A stretch of DNA of 64,000 nt, from positions 71,920,001-71,984,000 of the forward strand of contig NC_042997.1 in assembly GCF_006345805.1 (NCBI RefSeq). Direction: 5' to 3'. Positions 13,241 through 27,372 of this stretch are shown here, one piece after another. The stretch is from Octopus sinensis (taxonomy: Eukaryota). The notes beneath the pieces are model-generated. The model was given only the letters and a program-made list of their open reading frames with translations, did not search any database and was not told the DNA's origin. Position 1 is the first letter of the stretch. Each line of letters opens with the position of its first letter. The translations under genes were made by a program, and so were the position numbers.

Positions 13241-15099
13241 CTGGTAATATATATATAATTTAGTCACTGGATTCCTACTATCATAAAGCACCTCCTAGAC
13301 GGGCTAAGTGTTCCAAGTTCACACCAATGCTTTAAACTCTGGTACTTATTCAATCGATTGGTTTGCTGTACCGCTATGTTATACACGCAATTTTCAATCT
13401 GTGCAAGGCAGGCATGAACCCAAGCATGCGCAAACACACATACATAAATACTGACGAATACACGCGCGCGCAGACACACACACACAGAATCTCACTCATA
13501 TGCATACATACATGTGTGTGTGTGTGTGTATGTGTGTGTGTCTGAAAGAAGTATTTGAAGTGTGTGTCTGGAGTTAACAGAGAAATCAAGTGACACTTGT
13601 AATAAATGTAATAAAATAATAGAATGTAATAAAAGAAATGCATATAGAGTAATCAAATATATGAGGAGAACCTCAAAGAAGTTGACAACCACCCAGTTGA
13701 CAACACTCAAGTAATGCCATGAACTAAGATTTTTCTAAATTACGAATGTAAATACTCTCAAAAGTTCAAGCAAACATCTATGTTTATGTAAAGGATTTAA
13801 CGTTGTAATTAGAGTAAAACTGCAGCGAAATATTATTCTTGAATATATGTACGTATCTTTTATGTTTCACTACTTTCAGTGATTTAGACTGCGGTCATGC
13901 TGGGGCATTGCCTTGAAGAATTATAGTCGAATCAATCGACGCCGGTACTTATTATTTTAAAGCCTGGTTCTTATTTTATTGATATTTCTTGCCGACCTGG
14001 TAAGTTACGGAGTCATAAACGCACCAACATTGGTGGAGGACAAAAGCAGACACAAACACACACACGCACACACACATACACACACATACACACACACACA
14101 GAGATATATGACGGGATTCTTTCAGTTTCTGTATACCAAATCCTTTCACAAGGCTTTGATCAGCCCAAGAGTATAGTAGAAGACACTAGTGTAAGATGTC
14201 ACGCAGTGGGAGTGACTCCAGAATTTTGGGGATGGGAATGTAGGATCTTCATCTTTTATACTTGTTTCAGTCACTGAACTGCAGTCATACAGGTATTCCT
14301 TTATGACCGCAGTTCAATGACTGACCTTGAAGAGTTTTAGTCGAACTAATCAACACCAGTTTTTATCATTTTAAGGCCTGGTTCTTGCTCAATCGAGTTT
14401 TTTTTCCGAACCACTAAGTTACAAGAACGTAAACGAACCAACACCTGTGTGCATGCGGTGGGGAGGTACAAACTCAGACACAAAGACACACACACATAGT
14501 TTCCATCTATCAAATTATTTTAAAGGCATTGGTCGTCGAGCCCTTGCTCAAGGTGCTACGCGATTGGGACTGAACCGTCTGCACCTTATAATTTATACTG
14601 ACTATACATACATACATAGAAACATACATACACGCGCACACATATCACAAGTAAAAAAAATGAAGGCATTAGCATTACATTTATTCTTCGATTACGACCG
14701 TTTCGACATTAGCTGAGTCAAATAAAACCTTTAACATAGTGGAAAATATATAACCATGAATACAAACAATAGTTCTATAATTTCTAGCTATATTACATGT
14801 GACTCAATTCTCACCTCACCTCAAAATTGATTTGTTCACCATATTAAACGTTTTATATGATCTCTCAGTTGTTGAAGTATCTGTAGCTTATCTTTTGTTT
14901 GGTACATTATACTCTACGGCTCGCAAAAACTACCTAGTTTTTCAGTTTGAGAAGAACATTTTTCTTTTGTTGAAGTTGTTCCCTTTCACACATCCTGTTA
15001 ACCAGTATCTGCACGAGTACTGACTGAGGCAACCGTCTGCATTTCACAAATCCCATTACATGTACTCAATTCCATACAATATATAGCAATGTAACTACA

Positions 15100-15240
15100 C
15101 GCGTGTGGGTGATTTTTTCCTTCTTCGGACTCTTCCGTTTTCCTTTCCGACGAAAGCTATGCTGAAACGTCAGAAACTCTCTCTTCTAACCGAGCGTCGA
15201 AATTAATACATCCTCTTGTTTGTTATTGATATTTTTAAGG
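15100..15240 (+). mobile_element. Family H8 copy with variant HHR
   Basis: 15144-15174: TTT | CCGACGA | AAGC-TAT-GCT | GAAAC GTC | AGA, followed by GAGCGTC as in the 7.9-kb copy. Confidence 0.45.
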
Positions 15241-15294
15241 TTCGTTCATTCGATTTGACTCTGTGAGTATGTGTGTGTGTGTGAGTGTGTGCGT

Positions 15295-15359
<65 letters not shown>

Positions 15360-15499
15360 TGAGAGAGAGAGAGAGAGAGGGATGGCGTACTATTTTTAAA
15401 TAGTCTTGAAATTTGAATTGGTTTAGTTTTCTTATGGCAACAAGTCACTGGAAACAAATACTATTTCGATCGATCAATATTTAGGTAACTTCGTGGCAG

Positions 15500-15700
15500 T
15501 GAGCTGGCAGAATCGTTACTGACATGTTTAGCAGCATTTCTCCCGACTCTCCGTTCTGAGTTCAAACACCGCTGGGATTCACTTTTCCTTCCACACCTTC
15601 GGAGTAGAAGAAATAAGTACCAGCTGATCACTGGGCTCGATGTAATCGACTTAGTCCCTCACCCGAAATTGCTGGCCCTGTGCCAAAATTTTAAACTGAT
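15500..15700 (+). mobile_element. SINE family S2, diverged
   Basis: GAGCTGGCAGAATCGTT head; CTGAGTTCAAA; AAATAAGTACCAG..CACTGGG.TCGATGTAATCGACTT. Confidence 0.75.
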
Positions 15701-15964
15701 ATTTAGGTTACCTATGTAGATAAATGTTTTAAGCCCTTTGGGGACTAATTATTAAGTTTTCTCAATCTAAACAGTCGATTTTCATTTTACTGCCTGTTGT
15801 GTAGAAGGAAAAGAATATATTTGGCATATTATACCGATATATTGTTTGTGATACTTTGACATATCATATATGACTAAGTTTAATTTAAAGTTTAACAATG
15901 AGAAATCTCAAAATCATGAATTTTATGATGTGAGTATTAGATTTAATTTATACCTTCTGTAATA

Positions 15965-16160
15965 GCACTAAGCCAGCAGTTTCACGTACATTGACCTGAT
16001 TACATTAACTCTAGTGCTCAACTAGCACTTATTTTATCGACCCCGAGAGGATGAAATGCAAGGTCGACCTGAGCGGAATTTAAACACAGAATATAAAAAT
16101 GAACGAAATGCCACTAAGCTTTTTGCCAGGAGTGATAACGATTCTGCTAACTTGCGCTTC
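15965..16160 (-). mobile_element. SINE family S2, diverged
   Basis: TTTATCGACCCCGA..GGATGAAA..CAAGGTCGACCT..GCGGAATTT is the reverse complement of the S2 body. Confidence 0.7.
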
Positions 16161-16976
16161 ATATAATCATATTAGTAGTAAACATTATAATTTGCTGGGG
16201 TCAAGGGCGGGAAGGTCGAAATGGTGAGCTTGCAACTATATAGATACCAAGTCATACACACTCGCAAGTGGTCGTTTGTGTGTGTGTATACAGGGACGGA
16301 TGTATGCACATATAAAGGGTGTATATTTATATACATATATAATGGGTATATATTTATATTTATATATATATATATATATGTTAACATACATACATGCGTA
16401 CATACATACATGCATATATACATGCATACATACACATATATTTACACATATATATGCATGCATACATACACACATACATATATATTGCATGAATATACAT
16501 ATATGTATGTAAACGCACACATACACACGTGCACATACGCGCGCACATACACACACAGACACACACGCAAGAACAAACAGTAATAATATGTGATGTCATT
16601 ATCTTTAAAGTGTATGAGAAGGTTTACTTTGGTGTCGAAGCTATTCAAATTTTAAGTAATGCAGAAACACGTCCCAAGTAGACTGCTTGTCTAGACTACT
16701 ACGTGTACGACTAAGTTCTTCTTAGAGAAGTCAAGGTGTAATAGCAGTGTAGCCCAGTGCCTGCTCTAACTGAACGGGACTTAAGCTGTCTACTAGTGAC
16801 CGTCGCGCTTTTATCTTATGTAAGAGAACATAGGATCATAGTATTAAACGAGCTTCTTTTAGTGGGTAAGGTGTAATTTACGGGCGATTTGGCGGTCATT
16901 TTCTACAAATTGGTGACTAGATTTAGAGGGTTCTTTTAAATGTGGAAGAGAAATAGAGTATATATATGCGTGTATT

Positions 16977-17057
<81 letters not shown>

Positions 17058-17589
17058 TGTATGTATGTGGGTACGTATACATATAAAAACATAAACATAT
17101 GTATAAGGTTCATCCATACACACACCCACACCTTATATATATATATATCATACGAAGCAAAGTTGATCGAAATATATTTGTGTAGTCATTTTAAACTCGT
17201 TCGAGTGCATTCGTATGAGGAAAGACCTTCCGCTGCGGAGTTAGTACGCGAGAAAATTCTCCTCTTAAATATGTATAAAGGCAAACATTGGGATGCAAAT
17301 AATATAACTGGATCATAGGACGCATGTGTAACTGTGTGTTTCACTTCGTCAGGAACAGCCCGGTATGAATCAAATTATTCTTATTAAAACTGCATGTTGA
17401 ACGTATGTTGGTGTGCATAAACCTTATTCAGAGCTAAGCTCCTAACAGATCCTCTGATGTCATAATTACTCAACGAGGAGTATGGTTAAGGTACCATCAG
17501 GCCGATGATACCTTAATTATATGAGGTTACATTGTCTTTGGGAATCTCAAGTTAACTCACCGAAGATGTAATTTGAAATCTATCTATCT

Positions 17590-17727
<138 letters not shown>

Positions 17728-18144
17728 ACCCTACGGTTTTGTTTTGGATAAATATTAACTAACCCTATTTACCATAACATAAGTACTATTCTCTTTCTAG
17801 ACATGTTAGTAATTTTCTCGTATTATTTTAGAGCTAATTTTATTTCACAACTTTTCAAACATCCTGGTTCCCCACTTTATATAGAAATAACCCGTAAATA
17901 TTTCCCTAGACCACAGCTAGATCACTCTTTGCCTATCGACTTCGAAGCTCTACGCTGGAAGATGGTATGATTTTAATATATTGAGCCTCCTGGCTTCTTC
18001 TCAAGGCCATGTTTCTTTCCTATTCCCTCTTCCCTTTGTTTATTTTATTGGACGCTTTTGTGGTCCAATTTGTTTGTCTGTTGATCTTAAGTTTTCTCCA
18101 TTTTCTGATTATTTGTATGTGGTAGACGGAAATTGAAAGAAGCC

Positions 18145-18175
<31 letters not shown>

Positions 18176-18998
18176 GATTGATCGCTAAATCCACAGGTGT
18201 TTTTTTATTCTCTCTGTTTATTTCCTCATATTCCTTTCTGTTGAAGAGCGTAGACTCAAAACGTAAAATACTTTCTCACTTCCCTGTAGCTACCGATAGA
18301 ATAAATACCATGCTTACACAGAATAAACCCTGGGGTCGATTTATTCGATTAAAGGCGGTGCTCCAGCATGGCTGAAGTCAAATTCAAATGACTGAAACAA
18401 GTAAAAGAATAAAAGAAAGTAAAAGAATTTAGAATTGTTTAAGGTAAACAATGCAACTGTCGTCCTCTCGTTTGGCAAAAACAGAATGCGCTTCAGTGGA
18501 TTTGTTGTGGAATACACAGAATATAAGTAAAGCAGCAAAATGAAGAATGGAGAAATATGCATGTTTAAAATTTATTTTTAAAATTATTTCCCTCATATCA
18601 CGTTGCGACACGTGTTTCGGCTGGATAAGTGTCCTTTGATATAGTAGTTGTGTGCATTTAATTGATGTAACTAAAATCAATTAAAGTATATGTTTCAGTC
18701 TAATGGTAGACAATCCTATACAGTTTTATTCGAGGTGTTTCTCATGCGGGCAGATGAAACGAAATGCTTTAATAAATAAATTTTGGAAATTTGTTCTCCT
18801 TCATTCTTCATTTTGATATCTTAAACATACACACACACACACATATATATATATAATTATAAATTAGGGTGTCTACGAAATACCACCATGCTGAAAATAG
18901 GAGCCATGATCTGACTCTAAAACCACCTTAATTGTCCATATATCAACACGGAGAGAAAACAAAGAGACAAGATGAAACTAGTAAAAAATTACTGGATA

Positions 18999-19057
18999 AT
19001 TCTAGATCCCGGATTTCTGACTTAGCATTTAGCAATGCTTTGACTCGTCAGTAGAAT
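18999..19057 (-). ncRNA. Type I hammerhead ribozyme, family H3 (solitary)
   Basis: ATTCTA | CTGACGA | GTC-AA-AGCATT-GCTA-AATGCT-AA-GTCA | GAAA | TCC-G-GGA | TC | TAGAAT; AUC triplet; one mismatch low in helix II. Confidence 0.7.
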
Positions 19058-19078
19058 ACACACAGAAGAGAAACATAA

Positions 19079-19166
<88 letters not shown>

Positions 19167-19488
19167 TATAAGCACAACATACGAATACTTACATATACGA
19201 ACGTATACTCACATATATATGCACGTATGCATCATGGCCAGTTCAAAATGCCCGCCGTTTAATTCCATGTGAGATTTATATATATATATATCACTCACTT
19301 TATCTCTTAGCTTCCCATAACTTTCACTTATGTATCTGTCTGCATTCATACAGAGAAACAAATATTCCATCGCCATCGCCATCGCATTCTACTGTCTACC
19401 TGTCAACGCGCCCATCGACCAAATACAAAGACAATGTTACCTGCTTACCAGTCGAATTCAGCGTCAACGCTCACGTATGAGAGACTCC

Positions 19489-19530
<42 letters not shown>

Positions 19531-19694
19531 CATATATATATAAATTTTATATTTTATATATTTTCTATATTATATTTTTATTTTTATGTTTTTGTTTTTG
19601 GTTTTTTACTGTTTCATTTGCCTATTAGTGGTTTTATCTCTAATTTAATTTATACATATATATAATTTGTATATATAATGCGTGCACACACACA

Positions 19695-19739
<45 letters not shown>

Positions 19740-20455
19740 ATGTGTGCATTATGTGGTCGGTCGGTTCAGCTGAAAATATGCACACCTATGTTAAAAGTGC
19801 TGGCAAGTTAGCATGACAACTATTTTTTTCTTCAACTTAAAGGCGTGACCTCTACGACAAAATTCATCATCTTATAAAATGTGGCCCCAGTAGACCCGAA
19901 TGAAATCGGGTTATATTAATCAAAATGTGAAAAGGGGTCTAGAATTATCATCGCCACAACTTATGTATATGTCTTCCTCACTCACTCACTCTTTTTCCTA
20001 ATGATAATTATCATCGCCACCACCACCACCACCAAACACAATAATGACAATCTTTCTCTTAAAACAAATCATGTTTATATTGCAAAAACGGAAACAATTA
20101 CGCGAGATGAACCAAGACTTCTGCCTGAACAAAGAGAGATTTATCCGTTATCCCCCTTCCCTGCCTTCCACAGCGCTTTCACACACTCTCACTCTCTACA
20201 TCTGTCTGCATTCATACAGAGAATTATCATCGCTACCACCACCACACAATCATGACAACAAATATTATGAATCAGATATTTATTGGGTTAATTATATATG
20301 TGTATGTGTGTATCTATATATAAATATGTATATATAATAATATATATATACAAAGTGTATATATCTGTATATATTATATATATATATATATATATTATAT
20401 ATAATATATATATATATCTCATTTGTATACATTTATATATATATACCACACTCTT

Positions 20456-20487
20456 ACCCGCGCGTAGAACGGGTCACCTTCAGCTAG
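20456..20487 (+). mobile_element. Isolated Helitron-type 3' terminus
   Basis: Hairpin ACCCG-CGCGTAGAA-CGGGT, then 9 nt, then CTAG followed by T. Confidence 0.55.
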
Positions 20488-20543
<56 letters not shown>

Positions 20544-20594
20544 TAGCAATAATAAATCTCTGAACGAGATATAAACAGTAACTGCACAACAATG

Positions 20595-20997
20595 TGAGGT
20601 ATACTTGCCATCTCAATATGGCTAACCACTAAGGGTGGGTGTTACTGTAGCTTGTAAACCCAGAAGAACATCGTCTCCAGCTGGCTTTAGGCACACTTTC
20701 TGTGCTCTTATGGTATTTGCAAAGGGAGGTCATCCTTCTCTCGTCAACCCATGTGATACGCACGGACTGCAGTTTCTAGGTATTGACTTGTCGTCGGCGT
20801 ACGACAATCATCGGTTTTCGATGAAGGGAGTCCCAATGCAAATCCTTATGTTGTTTTTTCAGTAACTTTTCGTCACTGATCTCGAAAAACCGCACGCAAG
20901 CAATAATAAAGCCAGCTGGAGACGATGTTCTCCTGGGGCTACAAGCTACAGTAACACGCACCCTTACTGGTTAGCCATATTGAGATGGCAAGTATAC

Positions 20998-21001
<4 letters not shown>
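20595..21001. repeat. Inverted repeat, 95-bp arms (20595-20689 / 20907-21001), 217-bp spacer; MITE-like or PLE-like
   Basis: TGAGGTATACTTGCCATCTCAATATGG... matches its reverse complement with about 5 substitutions; right end abuts (TA)n. Confidence 0.8.
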
Positions 21002-21085
<84 letters not shown>

Positions 21086-21478
21086 GTGTCGAAGCTGTCA
21101 GGAGGCGTTCGATGCCTCCTAGGGCTATATAACGGTGGTGTACCCCCTACTTGTTAGATTGACAGTATACAACCATTATATATATATATATATATTATAC
21201 ATACTAGCAGAAATAACCGACGTTGCCCGGGTTAAAGAAAATAAAAAATATTTAAAACGCCTTATAGATTACGCAGGTCTCAACTGCTAGTAGCTGAGAT
21301 GCTAACTTTCTACATAACCTTGCAACCCATGCAAGCGTGGAACATAGACATTAAGTGAAATGTGAAAAGAACGTTTACAATTCATTTATGTATATAAAGT
21401 AAATGCACGTTTGTCTAACTTATTTCGTCACCAAAAAAAATAGGTACAGATTATAAACAATAAAAGACCGTGCGTAGT

Positions 21479-21532
<54 letters not shown>

Positions 21533-21694
21533 CGAATATATCACATTATTGATTCTCTTTTATACACACAGATATACATTCACGTATGTCGTAAAGCAAA
21601 AGTGTAATAGTAATACTTTAACACTCAATGGTTTTACACTTCTGTATCTGACATGGAACTATTATTCATGTAAGTGCTTCTTCATATATTGTGT

Positions 21695-22990
21695 TTACTG
21701 TTTTGCCATGTTTATCACTGGGAATGTAGAGGTTCTTTTAATCTCCAACTCTAGAACATCCAACATACAGCTGACCATGTGAGAAGCAAGGCTGAATGAG
21801 TTAAGTCCCACCACCTTTAGAGATTGACCTTGTGCTTTGTTGATAGACATTGCAAAGCTAAGTTTGACATGAAACTGCAGTCTCTTGAACTGAAAGGGGA
21901 GATCATTTGAGATGAGCGGTATCCTTGGAATGAATACATTCTCACCCATCATGTTGCCTGTAATTGTTGTTGCTTCCAACTCATGGGGCATGGCTGTTTT
22001 AACAACCAACCATGTTCTATTGCAGAGTCTGGGTGCATCAAGGTTTCTTAATAGCATTATGGGAGCATCTGTTTTCATGATCTGAATGTGTGGTGATAAT
22101 CCTGGTGGGTGAAGAGAATTGAGGAACTACACTGGGTAATGCGTTGCCTGTTCTTGATCAGGGACATAGTCAATTGATGTGTAGGTACATTCAAGTCCTG
22201 GAAGCTGAGACACCAAATTTAGATTCGGCTTGTCTACAGCATCCTTCCTTGGTGCCAGAATTGTTCTTTCACATAACCACTTGTGACTTTAATAGTTTGT
22301 GGCAATCTTTGGAAACACCTTGCTCTTCAGGTCTTCAAGGGAAGTAGTCATATTGCTACATGGGAGGTGGTGCAGACTATCTTCTGGATCTTGTGGAAGT
22401 TTTCCATTTTCAATGTCAAGTAACTTGTTGGAGAACTGTGCGGCTAACGGGTCGCCATGAATGTGAACCCTCATGCTGGTTGTCAGAGTAAGCCACTTTA
22501 TATGTTGCCAGATATGTGAGGACTCGATGCAAGCTCTCAGCTAATCTGTCCTTGTTCCTCTGGGAATGACAGGCAGCGTTTGCCTGAAGTCAACATCCAT
22601 GCGGAGGGTGATACCACCCATGACCTTATTGTTTCTGAAGTTTTGTAGCGTGTTGTATCAAGCGCTTTAAAGACTGCTTTATGGGACATTGTTGCCTCAT
22701 CCCAGACAATGAGTTTGGCATCTGTAAGGAGCTTTGCTGACGCTGTATCCTTGGATATATTGCACAAAGGAGATTCATTTTGGATGAGTTTCAGAGGCAG
22801 CTTGAATGTTGAATGTGCTGTTCTTCCACCTGTTAGGAGTGTGGCTGCAATTCCAGAGGATGCAACAGCCAGAGCAATCTTCTTCTGTCTCACCTTGGCA
22901 AAGAGCAGGTTGACCAACAATGTCTTTCCTGTGCCTCCAGGAGTATCTAAGAAGAAAATCCCACCAGTGTTATTGTCCACTGATGTAAGA
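21695..22990 (-). pseudogene. Helitron PIF1-family helicase, frameshifted
   Basis: FFLDTPGGTGKT (Walker A), [76 protein letters not shown] across several frames. Confidence 0.92.
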
Positions 22991-23191
22991 ACTTGCCAGA
23001 ATACTTCTTGTACAAGAATCGGTTCCTTTCATTGACAACTGCTTGCAAACTTTTCATGTTATTTGATGTTTTCCATGGAAGTAGCATTGTATCTTTGTAT
23101 TTTTGTTCGGAATTCTTTCTCATCTGCTGTCAACGCAACTATCAAGGTTTTGAAGGGCCATAGTGGATCTTGTAAAGACGGTTAAATTAAC

Positions 23192-23690
23192 TTAACCACT
23201 AGAGCAGCACATCTCTGGAATTTCTACAACCCACTGTTTTGAAGAACAGTGCTGACACGTTTTAAACATTGATCCAATAAGTATCACTCTTTCATAAGCA
23301 TAATCTTGTGTCAGATCATAGTCGCCACAGTTCTTGAGAAAAGGGTCTAAATTACAACGTAACGTGTCGTTGCTTTGGTGTTTCCTGTTCACTGGATTGT
23401 GCATTTGTGGTTGCATTACTTTGAAGATGTTCTGTTAACATCTGTGGTCTTAAGTGCTCCTTTCTATTGACTTGAGACTCCAACCGCCGTTGTTTCTGCT
23501 CTGGTGTCTCATGTTCCCTCAGCTGGATTTGCCTATTGGCTTGAAATTCCAACCTCCGTTGTTTCTGCTTCGGTGTGTCATGTTCCCACAAGCGGGCTTG
23601 TCTTGTTGCTTGAAACTGAAGTCTTGTTTCTCGTTGCTGTTGTGTTTCCATGGCATTTCGTAGTCTCTGAGATTGGAGCTTGTTCTGCAC
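23192..23690 (-). pseudogene. Helitron Rep-Hel N-terminal region (charged repeats plus Cys motif)
   Basis: ETPEQKQRRLE-type repeats and IGSMFKTCQHCSSKQWVVEIPEMCCSSG, typical of the Helitron N-terminal C.HC...CC..G motif. Confidence 0.8.
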
Positions 23691-24335
23691 TTCTTGTATT
23701 TCCGCAGCCCTTCAACTGGAGCGTCGTGCTTAAGATGATTTAAAAAGTATTATGTTGTTTTCTACGCAGCATATTGAATGTTCTACGAAATTTCACTTCA
23801 CTAACGAAAATACGACTGGTTGGAATCGTAATTATATGTCTGTCTCTTCCCACCTCTGTCTCACTTTTTCTCCCTCTCCCCCTTTCTATTTGTCTCACGT
23901 ATTTTTATCTGGAGAGAAAAAGAGGTAGAGGTAGTGAGAGAGACACATATACAACCAGAGAGAGAGATAGAGACAGAGAGAGGGACATATATAGAGAGAA
24001 TTCAGAGGTCCGGCGGCGACTTCAAAGGAATAAATGTAATGTATAAACTTAGAGAAAGTTGAGAGTGGATTGAGTGATAGGTGGAGTACTTTTTCACTCT
24101 GTAAAAAGGCATTACGGCGAAATAGATAGTACGTTGATTACTAGAAATAGGGGCCAATATTTCACCAACTCGCCCTCTAAACACACACCTGCGTTTTACA
24201 CAGATATCTGCGGAATGGTCAAGTTAATTTAAATGACACGAAACTCCAGATTTTTATCAGTATTTTCAGCGGTTAGAGTACATAGAAACTTTGCTTTTTA
24301 TAAGGATAAAGAATTATATATATTATATATATATA

Positions 24336-24385
<50 letters not shown>

Positions 24386-24396
24386 TATATAGAAGG

Positions 24397-24446
24397 AGCT
24401 TCTACAGGACTAGAACTGTTCATTCAAGAGAAATCTTCAGGAAGCT
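24397..24446 (-). ncRNA. HHR family H4, minus arm (core reads GAA instead of GAAA)
   Basis: Reverse complement of 29682-29732 with a 1-nt deletion in GAAA (mutation or consensus error). Confidence 0.65.
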
Positions 24447-24973
24447 AGGTTAACAAGAATTGTATTGGCATTTATACATTTAGGCAGGTTTAAAGGGGGG
24501 GTGGTGGGGGACTTTTTGGGGGTAGGCATAGCGCAAAATATCATACTTGGGGGAGTAGTCAAGGAGTCAGTGGTAAATTAGATAAAAGAATAAATAAAAA
24601 AATTAAAAAATATATATAAAAAAAGAATAGAGTTTTAGGTAAATAAGGAGATTCTCACTTATACATATAACATATGTATACTTATATACACACACATACA
24701 TACATATATACATACACACATACATACACACACCATATACATATATATACCACATACACATACATATACATATCTACACATACACATATATATATACATA
24801 CACTCACTCACATGCATACACGTATACACACATGTATATATACACACACGACCACACATACATATACACACAAAAAATATATACATACACACATACACAC
24901 ATGCACACACAGCACACTAGTCCTATATACACATATAACACATACACACATATATATACATACACACATACAT

Positions 24974-25033
<60 letters not shown>

Positions 25034-25431
25034 ACCTATACATACCTACACATACACACATATATATATACATACAAATACAGACTCATTCCCTAATTTT
25101 AATTTTATTATCTTCATTTATTACTTTGTTATCTTTGACCGCTGGTCCCAAGGATCTTGGCTATGACAGCAAGTCCATTTATCTGTCTACTTGAAAACAA
25201 GCACTCATTCACGCACGCACACTCATTAGCACGTACACTCACTCATTCGTACACTCATACACATACACGCACGCACGCGTTATATTCATACATACATACA
25301 TCTACATACATTCACGTATATACACATACGTACGCGTACCTACAGATTCATGTCTACACTCTTAGAAGGCTAGTCTATACATATACACCAATAAATATAT
25401 ATATACACACATACATATACACCTACTACAA

Positions 25432-25510
<79 letters not shown>

Positions 25511-26053
25511 TATACATATATATATATACACAAACATATATACACACATATATACACACATACACATACATACATATACACACATACACATACATACGTA
25601 TACATACATACATACATCCATACATCCATACATACATACATTTATACACATACACACACCCATATATATATATACACACACATACATACATATACATACA
25701 TATACAAATATACGCACACACATACATACATACACATATACACATACACGCACATACACATGTACATGCGTACCCATACACACACACACACGCGCGCATC
25801 CATATATATACACACACACATATACATGTGTGCAAACATACATACATACTCATACACGCACACACACTTACATATACATATATACACACACTTACACACA
25901 TATATACATACACATATACATACATACATACATACATATATGCATACATACACACACACATATATATATACATATATACACATACACATACCGATACATA
26001 TATATACACACATATATATACACATGCACATACTTATATCTCTACATACTCGC

Positions 26054-26117
<64 letters not shown>

Positions 26118-26377
26118 ATATACCTATATACATGTATATATACACACACATATACATATACACATCTACAATTTGTATCTACACTCACATACATGCACAT
26201 ACACATAACTCTACATACGTACATATACATCGACATACTCGCGTACACTCATATATATACACATATATATACATATACACACACATACATATACATATAC
26301 ATATATATATATATAAATATATACATAATACACATATACACACACATACATATATATATATACATATATATACACAC

Positions 26378-26412
<35 letters not shown>

Positions 26413-26788
26413 CATACATATACATATACATACATACACATATACATACATGTACATACATATATATACATATACATATATATACACACACATACATATA
26501 TCAACAATTGAGGGTAATGTTAATTAGTTATTAATCAATTTCACCAAGTATCAGTATGTAAAAGGGCCATTATTATTTTGAGTAAACATGTCTGAGGGAA
26601 AATATTCTCTAAGTAGTGGAAGAGGCTAAAAAACTTTTTGGCTGCTATTTCTAGAAAGTTCAGTATGTGGCAAGTAATTTATTTTACTAAGCCCTAATTA
26701 TATAATATTTTATACATACATACACATACATACACACATACATATACACATACATATGCTTACACACATATATACATATATACATATA

Positions 26789-26828
<40 letters not shown>

Positions 26829-27037
26829 TATACATATACATATATATATTTTTACATACACACACACACACACATAATACATGCGTATATTCCTACTATA
26901 CCCATACATTTCTATACATATATACGATACACATATACAAGCGTGCACATACAATATGTGAAAGGTCTTAGGAGAAAAGGTAATCGGGGGTGCTAGGGGA
27001 ACGGTGGGATTGGGGGTTTTTTGTGGGTGGGGTGTCA

Positions 27038-27277
27038 TCAATCTGGTTGCCGGGTAGGTCTATAGTTCTTGTAGTTCGAATACTTCTTATGCATGCAATT
27101 TGGGGAGTGTTTTGAGATTTTGTTAAGGAGAGGGCCTTTGGCGAACAAGATCTCTAGGCTCTCCGATATGCAGAGGTCACAGCAGGTATGGCCTCCTGTG
27201 TACGAGCGCGCCTTCTGTAGTAGTTTCCACTTGGTCTTGAAGGGGATTGAGTTCCTTTTAAGGTACCAGATGTGGTA
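27038..27277 (-). pseudogene. C-terminal 79 aa of a Penelope-like GIY-YIG endonuclease, 5'-truncated
   Basis: Open frame YHIWYLKRNSIPFKTKWKLLQKARSYTGGHTCCDLCISESLEILFAKGPLLNKISKHSPNCMHKKYSNYKNYRPTRQPD*, fitting the HIW.LK...KWKI...C.LC..E..I...LLN......C.H tail of invertebrate PLEs (Naiad-like, from memory). Confidence 0.8.
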
Positions 27278-27336
27278 CCTTAAGGTACCTTAAGGTACCT
27301 TTAAGGTACCTTATGTGTGTGTGTGTGTGTATGTAT

Positions 27337-27372
<36 letters not shown>

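Larger units (their letters stand above)
21204..24306 (-). mobile_element. Internally deleted Helitron with both termini
   Basis: 3' end on minus: CCCGGGCAACGTCGG hairpin plus CTAG|T at 21204; candidate 5' A|TC at 24306; Helitron coding remnants inside. The 5' end is less certain. Confidence 0.85.

Noticed and set aside
17340-17365. Minus-strand CTGACGA-AGT-GAAAC
   Set aside because: No room for helix II and no helix I or III pairing.
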